In this document: positions 12,438 to 19,965 of the stretch, in pieces
How the letters are laid out: every line of letters begins with the position of its first letter
Position numbering within the stretch: the first letter of the stretch is position 1
Origin: an uncultured Rhizobiaceae bacterium
Lineage (GTDB): Bacteria > Pseudomonadota > Alphaproteobacteria > Rhizobiales > Rhizobiaceae
DNA length: 64,000 nt
Direction: 5' to 3'
Assembly: GCA_964244725.1 (NCBI GenBank)
Contig: CAXTJQ010000010.1
Location: 42,695 to 106,694 of the forward strand
Made by a program: the position numbers and the translations under genes
The notes under the pieces: model-generated
Told to the model about the DNA's origin: nothing
The model's input: the letters and a program-made list of their open reading frames with translations, nothing else
Databases searched by the model: none

Positions 12438-13366
12438 CAGGCGTTCCTCTCCTGGCGCAGCATCCGGACGATGAAGAAGGTGATGAAGATCATCATGATG
12501 GCGAACAGCACCACCGCGATCGCCGCGCCGTAGCCCATGCGGTAGCCGTATTCCGACAGCGCCTGCTCGTACATGTAGAACGACAGCACGCGGCTCGACC
12601 CGTAAGGCCCGCCGTCGGTCATGATCGAGACGAGGTCGAACGAGCGCAGCGCCCCGATGACGGTGACGACCACCGCGATGAAGGTCGCGGGCCTGAGCTG
12701 GGGCAGGACTATGTTCCAGAACAGCGACCAGCCTCTGGCGTTGTCCATCCGCGCGGCCTCGACCTGCTCCGGATTGATGTTGTTCAGGCCCGTCAGGTAC
12801 AGGATCATGCAATACGCGATTTGCGGCCAGAGGCCGGCCGCGATGATGCCGTAGGTCACGTAGCGCTCGTCGGCCAGAATGGCGACGTTGGAACCGGTCA
12901 GCGTTTGGATGAGGTTCGACAGCAGCCCGAAATTGGGCGCGTAGAACCAGGTGAAGATCAGGCCGACGACCACCTGGCTGATGACGAACGGGAAAAAGAA
13001 CAGCGATTTGTACAGCCTGATCCCGACGACGGTCTGGTTCAGGAACAGCGCCACGCCGAGCCCTGCCGGCACCGCCAGCAGGTAGAGCGCCAGCCAGAGG
13101 ATGTTGTTCTTCAGCGAGGTGTAGAAGGCGTCGTCGTCGAGCAGCTCGACGTAATTGCCCAGCCCGACCCAGGTTTTCGGGCTCAGGCCGTCCCAGTCGA
13201 AGAAGCTGATCCAGATCGATTGGAAGATCGGCAGGATGACGTAGATGACGAAGAACATCAGGCCCGGCGCGAGGAACAGCCAGGGCGCGAGTCGGAGCTG
13301 GTTGCGTTTCCAGAATCCGCCGGGCATGCGCGGATCGACCGATGCGTCGGGGGCGACGGCTGTCAT
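12437..13366 (-). CDS. Carbohydrate ABC transporter permease
   Basis: VEAARMDNA EAA-type loop and multiple TM segments; start MTAVAP at 13366 (alternative MPGG at 13327). Confidence 0.88.
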   Translation of the reverse strand: MTAVAPDASVDPRMPGGFWKRNQLRLAPWLFLAPGLMFFVIYVILPIFQSIWISFFDWDGLSPKTWVGLGNYVELLDDDAFYTSLKNNILWLALYLLAVPAGLGVALFLNQTVVGIRLYKSLFFFPFVISQVVVGLIFTWFYAPNFGLLSNLIQTLTGSNVAILADERYVTYGIIAAGLWPQIAYCMILYLTGLNNINPEQVEAARMDNARGWSLFWNIVLPQLRPATFIAVVVTVIGALRSFDLVSIMTDGGPYGSSRVLSFYMYEQALSEYGYRMGYGAAIAVVLFAIMMIFITFFIVRMLRQERNA

Positions 13367-13405
13367 GCGGCGAACTCCGGAGGACCAAGGTCGTGGCGGC
13401 GGGCC

Positions 13406-13434
13406 GCCGGCCCGCGATCGGTTCGCGGGCCGGC
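13406..13434. terminator. 12-bp GC stem-loop between the solute-binding gene and the first permease (attenuator or mRNA stabiliser)
   Basis: GCCGGCCCGCGA-TCGGT-TCGCGGGCCGGC is a perfect inverted repeat; there is no U-tract, so function is inferred from position. Confidence 0.55.
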
Positions 13435-13446
13435 CAGACGGATCCA

Positions 13447-14679
13447 CTACTTGTAGACGCGTCCGCGCACTTTCTCGAGCCGGTCGAGAATGGCGTCGAG
13501 AGTATCAGGCTTCACCATGAACTGCTGGAAGCCTTCCATGCCGGCCTTGGCCATCTCGGCCGGCGCGTCGCGGTCATAGAACTGCGCGAGGCCCTGGGCG
13601 TTCGAGAGCATGGTGAACCCGGCCTCCAGGAAGGGGTCGGTGGGCTTCGTCGACTTGTTGTTGACCGGCAGCTGGCCCAGCGTCGCGTTGATCTTGGTCT
13701 GGGCCTCGGGCGAGGCGAGATAGGCCAGAAATTTCTTCGCGTCCTCCTTGTTCTTCGCGCCTGACGGAATGTGGAACGTGTCGGTCGGGGCTTCTTCGGC
13801 CATCGGCAGGCCGGCCGTGATCTCCGGGAACTGCAGGAAGCCGATCTGGTCTTCCTTGAGCCCGCCATCCTTCATCGGCGCGACGGCGAAATTGCCCATC
13901 AGGTACATCGCCGCCTTGCCCTGGACGAACTGCGGCATGGCGTCCTGCCAGTCCAAAGCGGCGTGGTTCTCGAGGAAGTAGCCGGGCTTGACCAGTTCCC
14001 CCCACTTCTCGAACACGGCCTTCACCTTGGCGTCGGTGTAGGGGACCTTGCCGGCCGTCAGGTCCATATGGAATTGATAGCCGTTGACGCGCAGGTCGAG
14101 ATAGTCGAACCAGCCGCCCGTCGGCCACAAGGCCTTGGTGCCGATGGCGAACGGCGTGATTCCCGCAGCCTTGAGTTTCTCGCTGGCGGCGATCAGTTCG
14201 GCCCAGTTCTTGGGCGGCGTGATGCCCTGATCGGCGAAGATGTCCTTCCGGTAGTAGATTCCCCACTGGTAGTAGGTGTACGGCACGCCCCACTTCTTGC
14301 CGTCCTGGGTCAGCGCGGACGCGGCCGACTTGAGCTGGTCGTCGAGCCCGTTGTCGGTCCAGACGTCGGTCACATCCTCGAACAGCCCCGCCTTGACGAA
14401 GGGCGCCATGCGGTTGCCGGCGTACCACGCCGCGACGTCGGGCGCGTCGGCGGTCAGGAAGTTGCGGATCGCGGACTTGTAGCCCTCGTGGTCGAAATTG
14501 TTCCACTTGACGGTGATGTCCGGATTCTTCGCCTGGAAGTCGGCGATCATCTCCTCCATCGCCTTCTTGGGCGCCGGGTCGGTCTGGTCCGAATTCAAGA
14601 TGATTTCGCCGGCGAACGCGGCCGATGTCGTCAACGCACAGCCAAGCGTTAGCCCGGCGAGGCTTTTCAAGAGTCTCAT
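13447..14679 (-). CDS. Sugar ABC transporter periplasmic solute-binding protein
   Basis: Signal peptide MRLLKSLAGLTLGCALTTSAAFA behind a GGGAGG RBS; GVPYTYYQWGIYYRKDIF and GKAAMYLMG motifs. Confidence 0.92.
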   Translation of the reverse strand: MRLLKSLAGLTLGCALTTSAAFAGEIILNSDQTDPAPKKAMEEMIADFQAKNPDITVKWNNFDHEGYKSAIRNFLTADAPDVAAWYAGNRMAPFVKAGLFEDVTDVWTDNGLDDQLKSAASALTQDGKKWGVPYTYYQWGIYYRKDIFADQGITPPKNWAELIAASEKLKAAGITPFAIGTKALWPTGGWFDYLDLRVNGYQFHMDLTAGKVPYTDAKVKAVFEKWGELVKPGYFLENHAALDWQDAMPQFVQGKAAMYLMGNFAVAPMKDGGLKEDQIGFLQFPEITAGLPMAEEAPTDTFHIPSGAKNKEDAKKFLAYLASPEAQTKINATLGQLPVNNKSTKPTDPFLEAGFTMLSNAQGLAQFYDRDAPAEMAKAGMEGFQQFMVKPDTLDAILDRLEKVRGRVYK

Positions 14680-14830
14680 TGGTCCTCCCAATGGCCGCAT
14701 CATGCCGATGCCGCCGGTTATGCACGCGCGTCTTAATCCTCCGCACGCGTGATTGCGTTGACGATGCGCTCCAATCCCGTATGGTTCTACCGTCTTTGTC
14801 TGGCAAATATCCGGGTTCCTAAGATTCTGC

Positions 14831-15751
14831 ATGATGAGCAAGCCGATCGTTTCGCAGCATCTCGACGAGAGCGTGCCTGTCCATCCGGACCTCGCCCCCG
14901 GGCATCCTCTCGTGGTCTTCGGAGACCACCGTTTTTGCGCAGGCTGCTCGTCGCGCGTCGTGCGCATGCCGGGTCCGCATATGCACAGCCAGATCGAGCT
15001 CAACCTCGTTCTCGACGGCGCCATGACCTATTGGTTCGACGGACGCGAACTCACCGTCTCGGCTGGCCGCCTCGCGTTGTTTTGGGGCATGATCCCCCAC
15101 CAGGTCATCGAGGTCGAGGAGCCGACCCATTTCGTCTGCCTCTATGTCCCGATGTCGGTTTTTCTGGGCCTTTCGACCCAGAGCCGGTTTCGAGACGCGG
15201 TGTTTCGCGGGGCGATGATCGAGGCGCTCGACATAAAGCCTTACGACAGCGATATCTTCCGGCGCTGGCGCGAGGAATTGCTGTCGGGCGATCAGGAAAT
15301 CGTACAGGTCGTGCGCGACGAACTGTCGGCGCGCATCCGTCGCATCGACCGCGAAGGCTGGCGCGACCTGCGCGATGCGGGCCCCGCCATGCGGCAGTCG
15401 AGCCATCCGGACGCCAATCGGATTGTCCATGTCGAGCGCATGGCGCGTTTCATCGGCGAGCACGCCATCGAGGACATCTCCGCCGTCGACGTCGCGCGCC
15501 ATGTCGGCATCCATCCGAACTACGCCATGACTATCTTCAAGCATGCTGTCGGCATGACGATCACGCAATCGATCGTCCGCCAGCGGCTCGATACGGCGCA
15601 GTCGCTGCTCATAGCGACGGAGCTTCCCGTGGCGGCCATCGCTTTCGAATCGGGGTTCGGCTCCCTGTCGCGCTTCTACGAGGCGTTCTCGCGCCGCTTC
15701 GGCGCAAGGCCGAACGCGTTTCGCAGGCGGTTCTCTCAGTCATCGGGCTAG
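14831..15751 (+). CDS. AraC-family regulator (MelR-like)
   Basis: HMHSQIELN cupin domain and C-terminal double HTH (IAFESGFGSLSRFY); divergent from the galactoside operon. Confidence 0.88.
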   Translation: MMSKPIVSQHLDESVPVHPDLAPGHPLVVFGDHRFCAGCSSRVVRMPGPHMHSQIELNLVLDGAMTYWFDGRELTVSAGRLALFWGMIPHQVIEVEEPTHFVCLYVPMSVFLGLSTQSRFRDAVFRGAMIEALDIKPYDSDIFRRWREELLSGDQEIVQVVRDELSARIRRIDREGWRDLRDAGPAMRQSSHPDANRIVHVERMARFIGEHAIEDISAVDVARHVGIHPNYAMTIFKHAVGMTITQSIVRQRLDTAQSLLIATELPVAAIAFESGFGSLSRFYEAFSRRFGARPNAFRRRFSQSSG

Positions 15752-15908
15752 TCTGGAAAGCCCTCTAAGGCCGCGCGATCGGGGTCGTCGGGCTTTGCTT
15801 GTCGCTGCGCAAAGAGCCTGGAGCGGTCGAATTTGCGGGGCGGGCGTCGCCGGATGCGAGAAGGAAGATGCAGGCCGACAGTTCGAGCCGGCCAGCCTGC
15901 ATCGAGGG

Positions 15909-17027
15909 TCAGACCAGTTCGGCGAACGCAGCCGGAGTGAAGTCGCGCAGGTCCTGGCTCGACCCGGTCCGGATCTTGCGGGCCCATGCAGGATCGCTAA
16001 GCAGGGCGCGGCCGACGGCGATGAGGTCGAATTCGTCGCGTTCCATGCGCGCGACGAGACCGTCGAGGCTCGCCGGGGTCGAACTCTCGCCACCGAACGC
16101 CGCCATGAACTCGCCCGACAGGCCGACCGAGCCGACGCTGATCGTCGCCGCGCCCGTCAGCTTCTTCGCCCAGCCTGCGAAATTCAGGCCCTCTTCGCCG
16201 TCGATCTCCGGGAATTCCGGCTCCCAGAAACGGCGCTGCGAGCAGTGCAGGACATCGACGCCGGCCTCGACCAGCGGCAGCAGCCAGTCGGTCATCGCCT
16301 CCGGGGTTCTGGTCAAGCGGAATGCGTAATCCTGCTGCTTCCACTGGCTGACGCGCAGGATGATCGGGAAATCGGGGCCGACCGCGGCGCGCACCGCCTT
16401 CACCACCTCGGACGCGAAGCGGCTGCGCTCCTTCAGCGTCGCGCCGCCGTAACGGTCGGTCCGCTCGTTGGTGCCGGCCCAGAAGAATTGGTCGATGAGA
16501 TAGCCATGCGCGCCGTGAATCTCGAGCGTATCGAAGCCGAGCCGTTTCGCGTCCGCCGCCGCCGCCGCGAAAGCGGCGATCGTGTCGGAGATCGCCTCGT
16601 CGCTCATCGCCCCGCCGCGCGGCTGGCCCGGAGCCACCAGCGCCGACGGACTCTCGATGCCTTCACTGGGCTCCCAAGGCGTTTGAAAACTCTTCACCGA
16701 CCCGACATGCCATATTTGAGGACCCATCCGCCCGCCGGCGGCGTGGACATCGTCGATCACCGCCTTCCAACCGGCAAGCGCCGCGCCGTGGAAATAGGGG
16801 ATGCCGGGGTCGTTGCGCGCGGCCGGCCGGTCGATCACGGTGCCTTCCGACAGGATCAGCCCGACATCGTTCTCGGCGCGCCGCCTGTAATAGGCGGCGA
16901 CATTGCCGCCCGGCACGCCATCCGGCGAGAAAGATCGCGTCATCGGCGACATGACGATGCGGTTCGGCAGTTGCAGCGACTTGATCTTGAGGGGTCTGAA
17001 GAGGGAGGCTACGGAAGCACTGGTCAC
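15909..17027 (-). CDS. NADH:flavin oxidoreductase (old yellow enzyme family)
   Basis: NRIVMSPMTR, QIWHVG, GFDTLEIHGAHGYLIDQF, NERTDRYGG and FDLIAVGRALL; GTG start with GGAG RBS. Confidence 0.93.
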   Translation of the reverse strand: MTSASVASLFRPLKIKSLQLPNRIVMSPMTRSFSPDGVPGGNVAAYYRRRAENDVGLILSEGTVIDRPAARNDPGIPYFHGAALAGWKAVIDDVHAAGGRMGPQIWHVGSVKSFQTPWEPSEGIESPSALVAPGQPRGGAMSDEAISDTIAAFAAAAADAKRLGFDTLEIHGAHGYLIDQFFWAGTNERTDRYGGATLKERSRFASEVVKAVRAAVGPDFPIILRVSQWKQQDYAFRLTRTPEAMTDWLLPLVEAGVDVLHCSQRRFWEPEFPEIDGEEGLNFAGWAKKLTGAATISVGSVGLSGEFMAAFGGESSTPASLDGLVARMERDEFDLIAVGRALLSDPAWARKIRTGSSQDLRDFTPAAFAELV

Positions 17028-17061
17028 GACGGGACTCCAGATTGAAAACGGAGCCGTTTAA

Positions 17062-17076
17062 GTATAAACATTATAC
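17062..17076. promoter_or_regulatory. 6-3-6 palindrome, candidate HxlR operator in the divergent OYE/hxlR promoter
   Basis: GTATAA-ACA-TTATAC in an AT-rich intergenic region; a second palindrome GGTATACC lies at 17108-17115. Confidence 0.45.
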
Positions 17077-17127
17077 CAGGTGTCAATGAGGCACTTTTAG
17101 TCGCTCAGGTATACCGGAGGAAACCAG

Positions 17128-17517
17128 GTGAACGAGTCCGCGCATCAGCGCTTCGCGGTGGACTGCCCGAGCCGCGTCCTTTTCGAGCAGATCGCCGACA
17201 AATGGTCGATGATGGTGCTGACGGTGCTCGACGACGGGCCGCAGCGCTTCAACGCGGTCAAGCGCCGGCTGGAAGGCGTGACGCAGAAGGCGCTGACCCA
17301 ATGCCTGCGTCGCCTGGAGCGCAACGGGCTGATCGCGCGGCGCGTGTTGCCGACCTCTCCCGTTGCGGTCGAATACAGCATCACGCCGCTTGGACGCACG
17401 CTGCAGCCGCCGTTCAATGCGCTGTATGCATGGACGCTCGAGCATATGCCCGAGGTGGACCGCGCCCGATCGGCGTTCGACGGCGACGACCGCGCGCGAC
17501 GACATGTCGGCGACTGA
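17128..17517 (+). CDS. HxlR-family winged-helix regulator
   Basis: DCPSR..IADKWSMMVL..RF..LEGVTQKALTQCLRRLERNG..VEYSITPLG; GGAGG RBS. Confidence 0.92.
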   Translation: MNESAHQRFAVDCPSRVLFEQIADKWSMMVLTVLDDGPQRFNAVKRRLEGVTQKALTQCLRRLERNGLIARRVLPTSPVAVEYSITPLGRTLQPPFNALYAWTLEHMPEVDRARSAFDGDDRARRHVGD

Positions 17518-17571
17518 GAATTCCGATGTCCGCGCGGCCGCCGGCCGACGCGGCGTCGTTTGGCGGCGGCG

Positions 17572-18798
17572 ATGAGCGTAGGCGATGACGCCCCGCCCGT
17601 CGCCACGCGAGCCGGCGGCTCGCCTTTCGAGGTGTTCCGCGTTTTCCTCAAACTCGGCTTGACCTCTTTCGGCGGCCCCATCGCCCATCTCGGCTATTTC
17701 CGGGACGAGTTGGTGGTGCGGCGCGGCTGGATCGACGATGCCGGCTATGCGGATCTTGTAGCGCTTTGCCAGTTCCTGCCGGGGCCGGCCTCGAGCCAGG
17801 TCGGGTTCTCGCTTGGGCTCCTGCGCGGCAATGGTCTCCTGGGCGGCCTGGCGGCCTGGTTCGCATTCACCATGCCGTCGGCGATCATCCTGTTCGCCTT
17901 CGCGCTCGGCGCCTCCGCCTTCGGCGGCCCGTCCGCGGAGGGACTTCTGCATGGCTTGAAACTTGTTGCCGTCGCCGTCGTCGCGCAGGCGATCTGGGGT
18001 ATGGCGAAAAGTCTGACGCCGGATCGCGAGCGGGCGGGCATCGCGCTCGCGGCCGTCGCCGTCGTCGTGTTTGTTGGCGGATCCTTCGGCCAGATCGCCG
18101 CGATCGCGCTCGGCGCCTTCGCAGGACTTTGGTTATGCCGAATGGACGCCCCCGCGCCCATCTGCGCGCATGGCTTTCCGGTGTCGCGCCGGGGCGGCGT
18201 CATCGCCTTCGCATTGTTCGCGGCCCTGTTCCTGATCGCTCCGCTCATGGCGAGCGCGACAGGTCGGCAGGCGCTCGCGTTGTTCGACGCCTTCTACCGC
18301 TCGGGCGCACTGGTCTTCGGGGGAGGGCATGTCGTGCTGCCCTTGCTGCAGGCGCAGGTCGTGGCGCCCGGATGGACCTCGAACGAATCCTTCCTGGCGG
18401 GCTACGGGTTTGCGCAGGCGGTTCCGGGACCGCTCTTCACCTTCTCCGCCTATCTCGGCGCGGTCATGGAGCCGAAGCCCAATGGCATCGCTGGGTCGGC
18501 TATCGCGCTCGTCGCCGTTTTCCTGCCGGGCCTGCTGCTCGTCTATGGCGCGCTGCCTTTCCGCGACGCGCTGCGGGCGAAACCGGCGGCGCGGGCCGCG
18601 ATGCGCGGGGCGAATGCCGCCGTTGTCGGCCTCCTCGGCGGCGCGTTCTACAGCCCGGTCTGGACGAGCGCCGTCCTCTCGCCGCCGGACTTCGCGCTCG
18701 CACTGGCCGGATTCCTGCTGCTCACGGTCTGGAAGGCGCCGCCTTGGACCGTCGTCCTGCTGTTGGCCGCGAGCGGCGTGTTGCGTCGGTTCATTTGA
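17572..18798 (+). CDS. chrA: Chromate efflux transporter (CHR family)
   Basis: FLKLGLTSFGGPIAHLGYF, CQFLPGPASSQVG, VFGGGHVVLPLL and AQAVPGPLF motifs; two homologous halves. Confidence 0.93.
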   Translation: MSVGDDAPPVATRAGGSPFEVFRVFLKLGLTSFGGPIAHLGYFRDELVVRRGWIDDAGYADLVALCQFLPGPASSQVGFSLGLLRGNGLLGGLAAWFAFTMPSAIILFAFALGASAFGGPSAEGLLHGLKLVAVAVVAQAIWGMAKSLTPDRERAGIALAAVAVVVFVGGSFGQIAAIALGAFAGLWLCRMDAPAPICAHGFPVSRRGGVIAFALFAALFLIAPLMASATGRQALALFDAFYRSGALVFGGGHVVLPLLQAQVVAPGWTSNESFLAGYGFAQAVPGPLFTFSAYLGAVMEPKPNGIAGSAIALVAVFLPGLLLVYGALPFRDALRAKPAARAAMRGANAAVVGLLGGAFYSPVWTSAVLSPPDFALALAGFLLLTVWKAPPWTVVLLLAASGVLRRFI

Positions 18799-18918
18799 GA
18801 TCGTTGTCGATTTCAATGGACGCCGGCATCCGACCTGCGCGGCGGGCTGGGTCGTCGACGAAGCCGGACTGAGCTGAGTCTACGGAATCGCAAAGAACAC
18901 GAAGAGCCTCTGGCGATG

Positions 18919-19185
18919 TCAGCTTCGGCCCTGCCGACGCGGGACCGAGGCGCGGTTCTCGCTTACCAGCCGATAGATCTTGGCCACTTCGCTCAGCAGG
19001 CCGAGCCTTATGAGTTCGCCCAGGGCCTCGGCCTGATCGGAAATCCCATGGGCGGCTCTCCAGCCTTCCGCCGCCGCCATCTGCTCGTAGTTCAGCGTGA
19101 CGAGAACACGATACCGGCGCTTCGATCGCTGCTCCCGGTCCTTTTCCTCGGCCGGATGATCCTCGGGTAGTTCGCCAATTGCCAC
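18919..19185 (-). CDS. Small hypothetical protein, possible ribbon-helix-helix DNA-binding protein
   Basis: Probable GTG start at 19185 after GGGGGG; RVLVTLNYEQMAAAEGWRAAHGISDQAEALGELIRLGL fits a strand-helix-helix pattern; fold assignment is by eye. Confidence 0.55.
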   Translation of the reverse strand: MAIGELPEDHPAEEKDREQRSKRRYRVLVTLNYEQMAAAEGWRAAHGISDQAEALGELIRLGLLSEVAKIYRLVSENRASVPRRQGRS

Positions 19186-19347
19186 GGCGCAGCCCCCCTG
19201 TGATGCGGGTGGACTTTTTCGCGTCCTCGCCCGCATTTTGTTTCCTCAAATGCAAGCTATCGGCAAAACCATCAGGCGGGCTATTTCGGATAATCCGCTA
19301 CGTAGTATATACTTATGATCGACATCCGCATCGACGCATCCCTGGTC

Positions 19348-19965
19348 TTATTTCATCATCTTGATGAGGTCGGCGAGGCTGCGGGCTTCAAGCTTCTCGC
19401 GGATTCGCGCGCGATGAATTTCGATGGTGCGCTGGCTGATCCCGAGTTGTTCGGCGATGTGCTTGTTCGTCATGCCCAGGACGAGATGGTCGAGGACTTC
19501 CTTTTCGCGTCCCGTCAGGCGCACCAGCCGCTCGGAACCGATTCGCTGGGCCAGCGTCGGCGTATCGAGGGCCGCGAGGCGGTTGGTCGCGGCGTCGATC
19601 GCGCCGAGCAACCGCGATTCGGATGCCGGCTTCTCGATGAAATCGATGGCGCCCCGCTTCATCGCCTCCACCGCGAGCGGCACGTCGCCATGCGCCGTCA
19701 GGATGATGACGGGAACGTCGATGCCTCTTTCGGAGAGAATCCGCTGCAGCTCCATGCCGTCGATGCCCGGCATGCGCAGATCGACGAATGCGCAAAGCGC
19801 CCGGTCCGGGTCGATACGGTCGAGGAAGGCGTCGGCCGTGGCCGCCGCGACGACATCGAACTTGTGGGCTGCGAGCAGGGCGCACAGCGATGTCCGGACC
19901 GACTCGTCGTCGTCGACGACATGGATGCGCGTATGTCTTGCCGCATCAGGACCCACGATTGCCAT
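19348..19965 (-). CDS. FixJ-type response regulator (REC + LuxR HTH)
   Basis: HVVDDD, VDLRMPGIDG (phospho-Asp), ILTAHGDVPLAVEAMKRGAIDFIEKP and LTGREKEVL..NKHIAEQLGISQRTIEIHRARI; start overlaps the phytochrome stop. Confidence 0.93.
   Translation of the reverse strand: MAIVGPDAARHTRIHVVDDDESVRTSLCALLAAHKFDVVAAATADAFLDRIDPDRALCAFVDLRMPGIDGMELQRILSERGIDVPVIILTAHGDVPLAVEAMKRGAIDFIEKPASESRLLGAIDAATNRLAALDTPTLAQRIGSERLVRLTGREKEVLDHLVLGMTNKHIAEQLGISQRTIEIHRARIREKLEARSLADLIKMMK

Noticed and set aside
9487-13388. Extended 888-aa and 600-aa ORF calls
   Set aside because: The N-terminal parts are alternative-frame read-through of upstream permease genes; the real starts are 11589 and 12437.
17081-17098. 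TGTCAA half-site in the OYE/hxlR promoter as a PpsR box
   Set aside because: The second half is TTT, not ACA, there is no partner box, and the neighbouring genes are unrelated to photosynthesis.
19348-19965. Naming the response regulator fixJ
   Set aside because: The architecture is FixJ-like, but its partner is a phytochrome and no heme-PAS FixL or fixK is present, so orthology is unsupported.
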